A DNA stretch of 64,000 nucleotides, from assembly GCA_035651635.1 (NCBI GenBank), contig DASRFK010000085.1:34728-98727 (forward strand), in the 5' to 3' direction. The translations under genes were made by a program, and so were the position numbers. Shown here in pieces: positions 38,422-47,117 of the stretch (positions within the stretch are counted from its first letter, which is position 1; each line of letters begins with the position of its first letter). Source of the stretch: Verrucomicrobiia bacterium. Lineage in GTDB: Bacteria; Verrucomicrobiota; Verrucomicrobiia; Limisphaerales; UBA8199. The notes under the pieces were generated by a model, which was given only the letters and a program-made list of their open reading frames with translations, did no database searches and was not told where the DNA came from.

Positions 38422-38466
38422 CTGGCCCAAGGTCCAGTAGATTCGTCATCCCATTCGAGCTATTTC
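38422..38466 (+). promoter_or_regulatory. palindrome-promoter module, copy f (upstream of sigma54 activator)
   Basis: CTGGCCCAAGGTCCAG (38422..38437), -35 position AGATTC, 16-nt spacer, TATTTC (38461..38466). The 16-mer is identical to copy b. Confidence 0.5.
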
Positions 38467-38632
38467 TTTGAAAAATGAGGATGCGTGATTGGGGATGGGA
38501 TGCCGGGCGCTCGTTTCGATTGACGGCGCGACACGGCACTAAGCGGTAATCCGCTGGCGAAGACTGAGTGCTTTTGTCCCAAGTGCTACGCTTACCCGCA
38601 GGTGGGCGATATCAAAAGAAAGAACCAGGATA

Positions 38633-39793
38633 ATGACAACAATGATCTCGATGAATGACAAAGCCGCAGAGACACCCACCTCCTGGCCTGGTGCGTACGA
38701 GCCGGACCCCGGCACGCCTGGCGCGATGGATTATCCGCCCGTTGCGCTGCCTCCTCGATCGGGTCAGCAAGGCCCTTCCCGATCTAAGGAAAACCAGGAC
38801 TCCGACCAGCCGTCCAGACTCGACGAGCTTTCGCGACAGGCCGGCGAAGGGATTATCGGTCGAAGCCCGGCGCTCAAGGTCGCCCTCCGGCATGTGGCGA
38901 TTGTGGCTCCGACAAACGCGGCTGTTTTGATTCTCGGCGAGACCGGCACCGGAAAGGAACTCATCGCGCGGGCGATTCATCGGCTCAGTTCACGCCGGGA
39001 TTCTACGCTCACCAAACTTAACTGCGCAGCCATTCCTGCGGGCCTGCTGGAAAGCGAATTATTCGGCTATGAGCGAGGGGCGTTTACCGGGGCGGCCGGC
39101 CGGCGGATTGGGCGCTTCGAAATGGCGCATCAAGGCACGTTGTTCCTGGACGAAGTGGGCGATTTCCCGCCCGAACTTCAGCCGAAGCTGCTCCGCGCCC
39201 TTCAGGAAAAGGAGTTTGAGCGGTTGGGTGGGAACCAGACCTATCAGGTCAACGTGCGGGTCGTGGCTGCCACAAGCCGGGACTTGTCCCAAATGGTCGC
39301 CGAACGCCAATTTCGAAGCGATCTCTGCTATCGGCTCAGCGTCTTTCCGATCCGCATACCAGCCTTGCGTGAGCGGCCGGAGGACATTCCGCTGCTGGCG
39401 TGCTATTTCGTAAACCATTTCGCCCGGCAGATGAACAAGCGGATTGATACTATTCCCCAAGGCATCATGGACTCGCTGAAGCGTCATCATTGGCCGGGCA
39501 ATGTTCGCGAGCTGGAAAACTTCCTCGAGCGCTCGGTGATCATGTCGAACACTCGAAGCCTAACTTCTCTATCCGCTGAACTGGAACGGTCCGGCTGCAG
39601 TTCCAAGCCTGAAGTATCCCGGCCTGCCACACTCGAAGAATGCGAGCGCGATCATATTTTGCGGGCACTGCAGGAAACACGGTGGCTCGTGGGCGGCACT
39701 CACGGCGCCGCTGCGCGACTCGGCCTCAGGCGCACCACTTTGATCTGGAAAATGCAGAAGCTCGGGATTGCTCGCAATCGACACAAACTGTAA
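38633..39793 (+). CDS. sigma54-dependent transcriptional activator (AAA+ and Fis-type HTH) lacking a recognisable N-terminal sensor domain
   Basis: Walker A GETGTGKE, ESELFGYERGAFTGA (GAFTGA loop), Walker B LFLDEVGD, RVVAAT, C-terminal HTH AAARLGLRRTTLIWKMQKLGI. The first ~75 aa are Pro/Ser/Gln-rich and lack REC/GAF/PAS features. Confidence 0.9.
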   Translation: MTTMISMNDKAAETPTSWPGAYEPDPGTPGAMDYPPVALPPRSGQQGPSRSKENQDSDQPSRLDELSRQAGEGIIGRSPALKVALRHVAIVAPTNAAVLILGETGTGKELIARAIHRLSSRRDSTLTKLNCAAIPAGLLESELFGYERGAFTGAAGRRIGRFEMAHQGTLFLDEVGDFPPELQPKLLRALQEKEFERLGGNQTYQVNVRVVAATSRDLSQMVAERQFRSDLCYRLSVFPIRIPALRERPEDIPLLACYFVNHFARQMNKRIDTIPQGIMDSLKRHHWPGNVRELENFLERSVIMSNTRSLTSLSAELERSGCSSKPEVSRPATLEECERDHILRALQETRWLVGGTHGAAARLGLRRTTLIWKMQKLGIARNRHKL

Positions 39794-39814
39794 AAACCTC
39801 AACTGGAGGGCAAT

Positions 39815-40411
39815 ATGACGAACGAACTCGACACAAGTGCTGGAACTTTGGCAAACCATCTTACGCGTTACTGGTGGCTGACCGCGTTGCGCGGTTTGGC
39901 AGCGGTGCTCTTCGGGCTCTTGGCCTTTGTCTGGCCGGGCATGACCCTCCTGACCCTGATATATCTATATGGCGCGTATGCGCTGGTGAACGGTGTTCTG
40001 GCCTTCGTATTGGCCATTAACGCGCCGAAAGGATACCCGCGCTTTGGCAGTTTAATCTTTCAGGGAATAATAAGTATCGCCGCTGGACTGATCGCCTTCT
40101 TTATGCCCGGAATCACCGCGATGGCTTTGGTCCTGCTCATCGCCGTCTGGGCAATTGTGACAGGCGTATTGGAAATCGTCGCCGCTGTGCGGTTACGCAA
40201 AGTAATCGACCACGAATGGTTGTTAGTCCTGGCGGGCGTGCTTTCCGTCGTCTTCGGCGTCCTGCTTCTGGCTCGGCCCAGTGCCGGTGCTTTAGCGTTG
40301 GTTTGGTGGACAGGAGCTTTTGCAATAGCATTAGGGTGCTTGCTGCTCGTGCTTTCCTTCCGCATGCGCCATTGGCGAACCGTACTTGCCGGCGCGCCCC
40401 ACGGCGCATGA
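39815..40411 (+). CDS. hdeD: HdeD-family (DUF308) acid-resistance membrane protein
   Basis: WWLTALRGLAAVLFGLLAFVWPGMTLLTLIYLYGAYALVNGVL..., six TM helices, GGAGGG Shine-Dalgarno. Confidence 0.8.
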   Translation: MTNELDTSAGTLANHLTRYWWLTALRGLAAVLFGLLAFVWPGMTLLTLIYLYGAYALVNGVLAFVLAINAPKGYPRFGSLIFQGIISIAAGLIAFFMPGITAMALVLLIAVWAIVTGVLEIVAAVRLRKVIDHEWLLVLAGVLSVVFGVLLLARPSAGALALVWWTGAFAIALGCLLLVLSFRMRHWRTVLAGAPHGA

Positions 40412-40474
40412 GCCCTGCGCCGGACGCTGTATAATGGGCCCATAATGGGCCAGTACTCCAAAACCGACACTAAG

Positions 40475-40595
40475 GAGCGCGTTTTAAAATTTGGTTTGGA
40501 GTCCCGCCTTTAGGCGGCCCGGCGCCAAAACCGTCTGAAGGCGGGACCCCAAACCCAGGTGCCCAGGCCCAAGCCGAGGTTTTAAAACACGCTCT
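40475..40595. repeat. dispersed palindromic (MITE-like) element, full copy with terminal inverted repeats
   Basis: TIRs GAGCGCGTTTTAAAA (40475..40489) / TTTTAAAACACGCTC (40580..40594). The internal GGAGTCCCGCCTTTAGGCGG...GAAGGCGGGACCCC hairpin and the CCCAGGTGCCCAGGCCCAAGCCGAGG segment are near-identical to 5616..5716. Confidence 0.8.
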
Positions 40596-40775
40596 AAGGC
40601 AGGGCGGCGAAGGTCGCTTCTTTGACGGCTATGATTTCCTCACGTCCGAGTATATCCCTTTCGTTTGCTCTCACGTTTAAGACGCCATTTGCGCAACCGG
40701 AGGTGCGGATTCGCGCAAAAATCGGGTCAGAGGCGACAAAGTGGCGACAAGCCTGCGAATAACTAGATTCACAAC

Positions 40776-40803
40776 TTGCAGAACGCCGCATTGCCACTAT
40801 AGT
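40776..40803 (+). promoter_or_regulatory. sigma70-type promoter of tRNA-fMet
   Basis: TTGCAG (40776..40781), 16-nt spacer, TATAGT (40798..40803), 12 nt before the mature tRNA 5' end. Confidence 0.5.
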
Positions 40804-40815
40804 CTCGGGCGCGAC

Positions 40816-40892
<77 letters not shown>

Positions 40893-40896
40893 ATTT

Positions 40897-40938
40897 GCCC
40901 CTTGCAACTCCCAAAGTTGCAAGGGGCTTTCTGGTTTT
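40897..40938 (+). terminator. rho-independent terminator after tRNA-fMet
   Basis: 12-bp stem GCCCCTTGCAAC (40897..40908) / GTTGCAAGGGGC (40916..40927), 7-nt loop, then TTTCTGGTTTT. Confidence 0.8.
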
Positions 40939-41136
40939 AGCCCCACTTGACCCAAAAACCATGGAACCCCATCAAAACCCATAGAACTCGCAAAATCTTG
41001 CTACAACCTTGCTACTGAATTTGCAGGTTTTCCTCGCCGCGCTTTAAAATCGCCGCCGAGCGTGCCGATCGTTACAGGCGTTCCTCACGGCTCCGTCGCG
41101 CGCCATTGAGACTCCTCAAAAGGGACCGAACGGCCG

Positions 41137-41367
41137 TCATCGAACGCCAGATCGCGCGCGATCAAAGATGCTGGAACTTCGAAGTTTTTCCATCGCCCGG
41201 TCGCAATCGTTAGTGTCGAACCGCACAAAGCGCCCTTGCCTAATAAACGGGAGTATGCGCCGGCGCATCAGGCTTGTGATGGTCCTGATGCTGAATTTGA
41301 AATGTGCGGCAATCTCGCGTTTCGTTTTCCAGTTCTTTTCTGAATGAGGAATGGTCTGTTCGTTCAT
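41137..41367 (-). CDS. small HTH DNA-binding protein (excisionase/AlpA/MerR-like HTH_17 type)
   Basis: Start taken at the MNEQTIPHSEKNW... ATG (41367); the alternative is 41385. KREIAAHFKFSIRTITSLMRRRILPFIRQGRFVRFDTNDCDRAM resembles excisionase-family HTH proteins. Confidence 0.5.
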   Translation of the reverse strand: MNEQTIPHSEKNWKTKREIAAHFKFSIRTITSLMRRRILPFIRQGRFVRFDTNDCDRAMEKLRSSSIFDRARSGVR

Positions 41368-41524
41368 GCATTTCAAGTTAGGCATACTTTTTTTTCGGCT
41401 GAAGACGCGTTCATTCGAGCCGACCTGCCCTCTGCAGGCGCCGGGCAATCTCGGTAAACGTGCCGGGCTGCTCGACCTTTAGGCGAAGCCCTACAAACGA
41501 CCGGAGCCGTTAAAGTGACGTCCG

Positions 41525-41543
41525 TTATGTAAGCAGAACGGAC
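41525..41543 (+). repeat. 19-nt exact copy of the core of the 35-nt repeat family, embedded in a 10-bp-stem hairpin
   Basis: TTATGTAAGCAGAACGGAC is identical to 48085..48103. The local hairpin is GACGTCCGTT (41517..41526) / AACGGACGTC (41537..41546). Confidence 0.6.
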
Positions 41544-41717
41544 GTCAGTTTAATTCGACCGTTTTCGGCCAAACTGCCAAAAACTGCCAACGGCACAACT
41601 GACACGAGGCTTGCGAGTCACGAAATCGCTGGGCAATTTCAGAAAGGTGGGCGCCCTTGGACTTGCGAATTACGAATTCTCTACCCACAGGGGATGCGGC
41701 GGGGAGTGGTAAATTCG

Positions 41718-44700
41718 TTACGGACGTACGTCTTTACCCTCAGGATCCAACGTTAGTTTAATTCCACTAACCTGACGGCCCTCGGCGTCCGCAAACCGAA
41801 CTGAAATCCTCCATTCATTGAAGCCATTGACGTCGTCCACTAGCTTAGCGACAAGCACATTCAGGCCGCGCTTTAACGCCAGGTTCGTGACAACCTCCGA
41901 ATCGGGAAAATAGGTTCCTGGGTCATTCTGTTGAAAAACCTTGCTGCCGTTAAGATAGAGCCTGCATTCATCATCGTTTCCGATGAACAAGCAAAGATTG
42001 GTCTGGTCGGATTGGCTTTCGATATAAGAAACCGCATAGCCCAGGCTGAACTCCTGCTGCTTGCCTTTGGCTTTCTTGAGGTCGAGCAGGTAATCCGGCA
42101 ATCGCACGGCGCTCCAAACCAAAACGTTTGTGCCGACTCTTGTTTCCTCACCTTCGTGCGGACGCAAGTCGGCTTCGTTTGGAATTTCTTCGCGAGAAAC
42201 GCAGTCAGGGCCGCCGTTGGTTTCAAAATGGATAGGCGCCAGCGCCAGCCATCGTCTTATCGCTCCCGTGTCTTGCATGCGAATGATCCGTTCACGCTCA
42301 ACGGCTTCGGCTTGCCGTCTGCGTTCGAGTTCCAAGTGCTCCTCAGCCGCCTTCTCCTCAAAATCCCAGGCAGCCATTTCCTGAGCTGTGGCCCCTCTCC
42401 AGATCCTGGCCGAAGAATCCCAACTCCCGCTGACAAGTTGGGTCCCGTCGGGAGAAAACGCGATTGACCTGACTTCCTTTGTGTGCCCGGTTAGTGCAAG
42501 CAATTCCTCGCCATTATCGGCGTCCCAGACCTTGACGATCCCATCTCTGCCGCCGGTGGCAATACGATGGCCGTCGCGGGAATAATCGACAGCCCACACT
42601 TGGTCGCTCTGTCCCCGTAATGTGAGAACTAGATTGCCGGTAGCGACATCCCACACCTTTGCCATCCGATCTTCACCGCCGACAATAAACCGTTTGCTAT
42701 CCGGAGAAAAAACTGCTGAGACGATCCAAAGGTCTTGGGCCTTGACGCTATGCAATTGTTCCCCACTGGAAGCGTCCCAAATCGTTGCTATGCCACGTTG
42801 GTCGCCGGTAAGAATCCATCGGCCGTTTGGGGAAAAAGCCACGGTGTAAAGGCCGTTCGACTGGCCTGAGAAGCTCAACAACTTCCCGCCCGTTGAGCTT
42901 TCCCAGAGCGTAGTTGAGCCATCCGCACACGCGGTAACAATCCGCCGATCATCAGGGGAAAATGCCAAGGCGTTAACCCAGCTCTGACCGCAAGGTACGA
43001 TTTTAAGAGGTTGACCGGTAGCCGGGTCCCAAATTCTGGCCGTGTAATCGTAGCTCGCCGTTGCAATGCGTTTGCCGTCGTGGGAAATGGCGACACCCAT
43101 CACCCTGTTGGTGTGGCCGGCGAGCGTGAACAACTCTGCGCCGGTAGTGCCGTCCCAAACTTTAGCGGTCCCATCGTCGCTGCCGGTGACAATTCGTTTC
43201 CCATCAGTCGAAAACGCAACTGAATTGACCTTGTCCTTATGGGTATCCAGGATGAGTGCTTCGCTGTCGGGCGCCGCCTGGCAGATCTTTGCCGTATTCT
43301 CCTTAAGAGGTCCTTTACCGCAAGCCGTGACAATACTTTTGCCATCCGGTGAATACGCCAGGGATATCACCCCTGTTGTGTGTCCTTTAAGAGTGAAAAG
43401 CTCCTTGCCTGTAGCTGCATCCCAAAACGTGGTCGAACCGTTCCCGCTACTTGTGGCGATCCGCTTGCCATCAGGGGAAAACGCCACTGGAACGAAATCG
43501 TTGCCATGTCCACCCAGGGTGAATAGTTGCTCGCCCGTTGCCACCCCCCAAACTCTCGCTATGCCGTCACTGCCGCCGGTCACGACACGTTCCCCGTGCG
43601 GAGAGAATGCTGCCGAAGCGAGCTCGTCGGCATGGCCGGCGAGAGTGAAAAGCTCCTTTCCACTCGATATGTCCCAAATCTTGTAGGTCTTATCATAACT
43701 ACCAGTCACGATGAGGCGGCCGTCCGGTGAAAAGGCTACGCCTCGCACGGAACGTTTGTGGCCTTTGAAGGTGATCAATGGTTGACCGGTCGCCGCATCC
43801 CAAAGCGTAGCGTACTGGCAGGCTGTCAGTATTCGGCGTCCATCGGGCGAAAAGGCGACATAAAGAAAATCCCTGCGATGCCCCATACCTCTGAGAACCA
43901 ACAATTCCTTGCCACTCACGGAATCCCAGACCCTCGCAGTTTCATCCGCGCTTCCCGTAATTATCCTGTGTCCATCCGTCGAGTAGGCCACCGATGTAAT
44001 TGCGTCCTGGTGTCCGGTCAGGCTCACGACTTCCTTACCAGTGGCGGTGTCCCAAACCTTCGCCGTGCGGTCCGCACTTCCCGTGACCACCCGTTGCCCA
44101 TCGGGAGAATAGGCCACCGACCAGATCGGCTCGGTGTGCCCGCGTAGCGTTTTGACATCACCGTGCGTTCGCCGCTGCCAGTAGTACCACTCAAATCCGC
44201 GCCGGGGATTGTTTTCCGTCTCTTTCAACAATTGTTCCACACGCAGCAGGTTGTTTCGATCCCACTCGCGCTGCGCCAGGTTCATTTTGGCGATGTAAAG
44301 GCTGTTGTCGGCTTGAATACGGGCAGACACTTCGGACTGGCGCGCCTTTTCAATTTTATACATCGCTATTGGCGAGCCTATCAGGATGGCCACGGCCAGT
44401 GCTGCCGATGTTACTGCGAAGCTGGCGACCGCCGGACGTCGCCGGCACCAGCGCCATACCTTTTCGATGTAGCCTGCCCGACGCGCCCGGATCGGTTCGC
44501 CACTGAGAAACCGTCCCAGTTCATCTGCCAGCTCTTGAGCGGTGCCATAGCGTCTTTCGGGTTCCTTGCGCAGGCATTTCAAACAAATCGTCTCCAGGTC
44601 CTTTGGAATTCCCAAGACAAGAGCGCCGGGAGTGATCGGTTCCTTCTCGAGCACCATTTGGATCGTATCGGTGATCGTTTCCGCAATAAAGGGAGGCCTT

Positions 44701-45533
44701 CCGGTCAAAAGGTAAAAGAGGATAGCGCCGAGCGAGTAGACATCCGTCGGCCTCCCCGCCGCGCCTCGTCGCCCACTAGCCAACTCGGGAGCCATGTAGC
44801 TGGGCGTTCCCAGCAACTGCCCGGTCAAAGTCAGGCTGCTGTCAATGTTCTGGCGCTTGGCCATGCCAAAATCGGTAACGTGCGGTTGATCTTCAAAGTC
44901 AACCAGCACGTTCGAGGGTTTCAAATCCCGGTGAAGAACTCCGTGCTCATGGGCGAAATGGATCGCCTGGGCAAGGGTTTTGACGTAAGCTGCGGCTCGC
45001 TTGGCTGGAATCGGCTGGCTTGCGGTGAGCTTCGCCAGGGTTGGACCTGCGATATAGTCCATCACCAGGTAGTGCTTATCCTGCTGCACTCCAACTTCGT
45101 GCACGGCCACAATATTCGGATGTCGCAAGCTCGCGGCCGCTGAGGCTTCCACCCGGAATCGTTGAATGAATTCTTTACTCGCTAACGAACTGAACAGCAG
45201 CATTTTTACCGCGACCAAACGGTCAAGGCTGACATGGCGCGCCTTATAGACGACACCCATCCCACCGCGGGCAATCTCCTCAAGCAACTCGTAATCACCA
45301 AACCGGAGGCTTACTGGGTCAGTTAAATCAGGATTCCGGACTGCGGCGGCAACAGCTTCAGAAGTGTTTTCAAAAAACCCCCGGGCAGATCTCTGGAGAT
45401 TTAGGAGACGCTGGACCCTTTGTCGAAGCTCCACGTTTCCCGCACAAACTTTCTCCAGGAAAGCGGCGACAGCCACCGGATCGGTTAACTCACACGCGGC
45501 GCTGAAGACCGCCTCTTCATCGAGTTCAGGCAT
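41718..45533 (-). CDS. Ser/Thr protein kinase with TM segment, ~14 WD40 repeats and a C-terminal beta-rich domain
   Basis: 1271 aa. Kinase motifs VAVKML, HRDLKPSNVL, DFGMA, GTPSYMAPE. TM around AVASFAVTSAALAVAILIGSPIAM. Recurrent GH...V.SVAFSPDG.RI.TGS.D.TA.VWD units. The N-terminal ~70 aa (...FLEKVCAGNVELRQRVQRLLNL) is typical of kinases paired with TIGR02999-type ECF sigmas. Confidence 0.92.
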   Translation of the reverse strand: MPELDEEAVFSAACELTDPVAVAAFLEKVCAGNVELRQRVQRLLNLQRSARGFFENTSEAVAAAVRNPDLTDPVSLRFGDYELLEEIARGGMGVVYKARHVSLDRLVAVKMLLFSSLASKEFIQRFRVEASAAASLRHPNIVAVHEVGVQQDKHYLVMDYIAGPTLAKLTASQPIPAKRAAAYVKTLAQAIHFAHEHGVLHRDLKPSNVLVDFEDQPHVTDFGMAKRQNIDSSLTLTGQLLGTPSYMAPELASGRRGAAGRPTDVYSLGAILFYLLTGRPPFIAETITDTIQMVLEKEPITPGALVLGIPKDLETICLKCLRKEPERRYGTAQELADELGRFLSGEPIRARRAGYIEKVWRWCRRRPAVASFAVTSAALAVAILIGSPIAMYKIEKARQSEVSARIQADNSLYIAKMNLAQREWDRNNLLRVEQLLKETENNPRRGFEWYYWQRRTHGDVKTLRGHTEPIWSVAYSPDGQRVVTGSADRTAKVWDTATGKEVVSLTGHQDAITSVAYSTDGHRIITGSADETARVWDSVSGKELLVLRGMGHRRDFLYVAFSPDGRRILTACQYATLWDAATGQPLITFKGHKRSVRGVAFSPDGRLIVTGSYDKTYKIWDISSGKELFTLAGHADELASAAFSPHGERVVTGGSDGIARVWGVATGEQLFTLGGHGNDFVPVAFSPDGKRIATSSGNGSTTFWDAATGKELFTLKGHTTGVISLAYSPDGKSIVTACGKGPLKENTAKICQAAPDSEALILDTHKDKVNSVAFSTDGKRIVTGSDDGTAKVWDGTTGAELFTLAGHTNRVMGVAISHDGKRIATASYDYTARIWDPATGQPLKIVPCGQSWVNALAFSPDDRRIVTACADGSTTLWESSTGGKLLSFSGQSNGLYTVAFSPNGRWILTGDQRGIATIWDASSGEQLHSVKAQDLWIVSAVFSPDSKRFIVGGEDRMAKVWDVATGNLVLTLRGQSDQVWAVDYSRDGHRIATGGRDGIVKVWDADNGEELLALTGHTKEVRSIAFSPDGTQLVSGSWDSSARIWRGATAQEMAAWDFEEKAAEEHLELERRRQAEAVERERIIRMQDTGAIRRWLALAPIHFETNGGPDCVSREEIPNEADLRPHEGEETRVGTNVLVWSAVRLPDYLLDLKKAKGKQQEFSLGYAVSYIESQSDQTNLCLFIGNDDECRLYLNGSKVFQQNDPGTYFPDSEVVTNLALKRGLNVLVAKLVDDVNGFNEWRISVRFADAEGRQVSGIKLTLDPEGKDVRP

Positions 45534-45810
45534 TAGTGTGCCTCCCGACGCTTGGTTCTGGTCGAAGCGAGTTCACATTGAATGGGGAAACAAGCAGAAG
45601 CTAACGTCACGTCAGCAAGCGTCAAGCCTGTCAGACGATTTCCTGTTTTTCGGTCGGTGGACTGGCATAATATTCGTTGTGTGCAGTAAGTTGCGGCGCA
45701 AAGACGACCCCATGAAATCTCGCCATTGCGCCGCGTTGGCAACCAACAAACTGGTTACTCCACTTTTGGGTGAATACCGTGACTCACGATCCTACGAAAG
45801 CTGTGGATTC

Positions 45811-46896
45811 CTACTTGGCACCAGAAACAGGACTAAGCAAAAAGGCGTGGGTTTGGCCATTAATTAGACCCTGGCCGTCAATTTGACCCTGATCATTAAT
45901 GCCAAGCGCTTGTTGAATCACCCAGCCCGAGTTCGGGGGAATCAGCGTTTGAAGATCTATCGCTGATCCATTTTCCCACAGGAGTCCTCTGGAGATGCTT
46001 CCGTCGGCTGACATGGAGATCCCGACCATCTGACCATGGCTGTTAATAGCGCTCACAACTCCCCAGGAATCCGAACCGAACTCGCCCAGATCGATCGTAT
46101 TGCCGTTTTGCCACAGGGTGGAATGCCATTCTCCAGCCGCGGTTTGGGCTTGGCCGACCACTTGTCCCTTGTCGCCGATACCCCAGGCAAGGGAAGCAAG
46201 GCCACCGAGTGTGCCCAGGTCGGTAATGGTCCCTCGGTCCCATATAACGGCGTGGTAATGAGCCCAATAATCAGGTCCGGAGCCGCCCACGATTTGGCCC
46301 CGGTCATTAATGGCGTTTGCCTGGGTAAAGGCGGCACCGGGCAACGAAGGCAAAATCGTGAGTTGCCGATCATACCAGGCCACGGCCCTAATCAGGCCGA
46401 AGTCTGTCGTTGTTGTGGTGCCGACAATCACCCCGCTGTCGTTGATCGCACTGGCACTTGTTCCGGCGTCTCCAGGCGGAATACCAAGATTATAGATTAC
46501 CCCGTGATCCCAGACCACGGGATACCAGGCCTGAAGATTGCTGCCACCCGATTCACCCACAATTTGATCGTGATTGTTCAGGCCATATGCATCGGTGCGA
46601 TCCGCGCCCGGCAGCCCGGGAAGGATCTGAATGCTTCCAGGTCCAGTCCAAAGATATGCCGCGTCGCCATCGACGTAAAATGGGCCGATGTTATTGGCGG
46701 TGACTGCTACGTGCCCGCGGTTATTGAGTGTTTCCCCAGCGTAGATGAAACTGTTGGCTAAGCCGGGCAGGGTACCAAGGTCAGTCATAACATATGCCTC
46801 TTGTGCCGTCGCCTGTTGCACCAGGGTGACGCCCGCCAGACCGGCTAGGACGCAAAGGCTCCAGGCTTCGGGAATGATTATTCGTTGTGTATTCAT
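45811..46896 (-). CDS. secreted HAF-family extracellular repeat protein
   Basis: Signal peptide, then about eight repeats of the A.GIND.GQIVG type (GLNNHDQIVGES, AINDSGVIVGT, AINDRGQIVGG, GIGDKGQVVGQ, AINSHGQMVGIS, GINDQGQIDGQG). Confidence 0.8.
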   Translation of the reverse strand: MNTQRIIIPEAWSLCVLAGLAGVTLVQQATAQEAYVMTDLGTLPGLANSFIYAGETLNNRGHVAVTANNIGPFYVDGDAAYLWTGPGSIQILPGLPGADRTDAYGLNNHDQIVGESGGSNLQAWYPVVWDHGVIYNLGIPPGDAGTSASAINDSGVIVGTTTTTDFGLIRAVAWYDRQLTILPSLPGAAFTQANAINDRGQIVGGSGPDYWAHYHAVIWDRGTITDLGTLGGLASLAWGIGDKGQVVGQAQTAAGEWHSTLWQNGNTIDLGEFGSDSWGVVSAINSHGQMVGISMSADGSISRGLLWENGSAIDLQTLIPPNSGWVIQQALGINDQGQIDGQGLINGQTHAFLLSPVSGAK

Positions 46897-47117
46897 TGGA
46901 TTATTTTGTCGATATCAGGTGCTGGCACCTGGTTTTTTACGGTTCGGTTACTTGCGCCGCCCTCCAGAAGTGGCGAAACGCACGTCCAGCATGTGCGTTC
47001 AAACCGGATAACGAGATTGGCGACTGAAACCCGACAGTTGAAATGAGGAAAAGCTACTTTGTTACATTAGGAGAACACGTGCACTGCGGATTGGCGGCCT
47101 GAGCAAAAGCCTTTGGG

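Noticed and set aside
41571-41590. Short tandem decamers (AAACTGCCAA x2 at 41571..41590; ATAATGGGCC x2 at 40431..40451) and a shared 11-mer ATTCGTAATTC downstream of two genes (~41675 and ~49007)
   Set aside because: They are too short to separate from chance in 64 kb, and no associated structure or conserved context was found.
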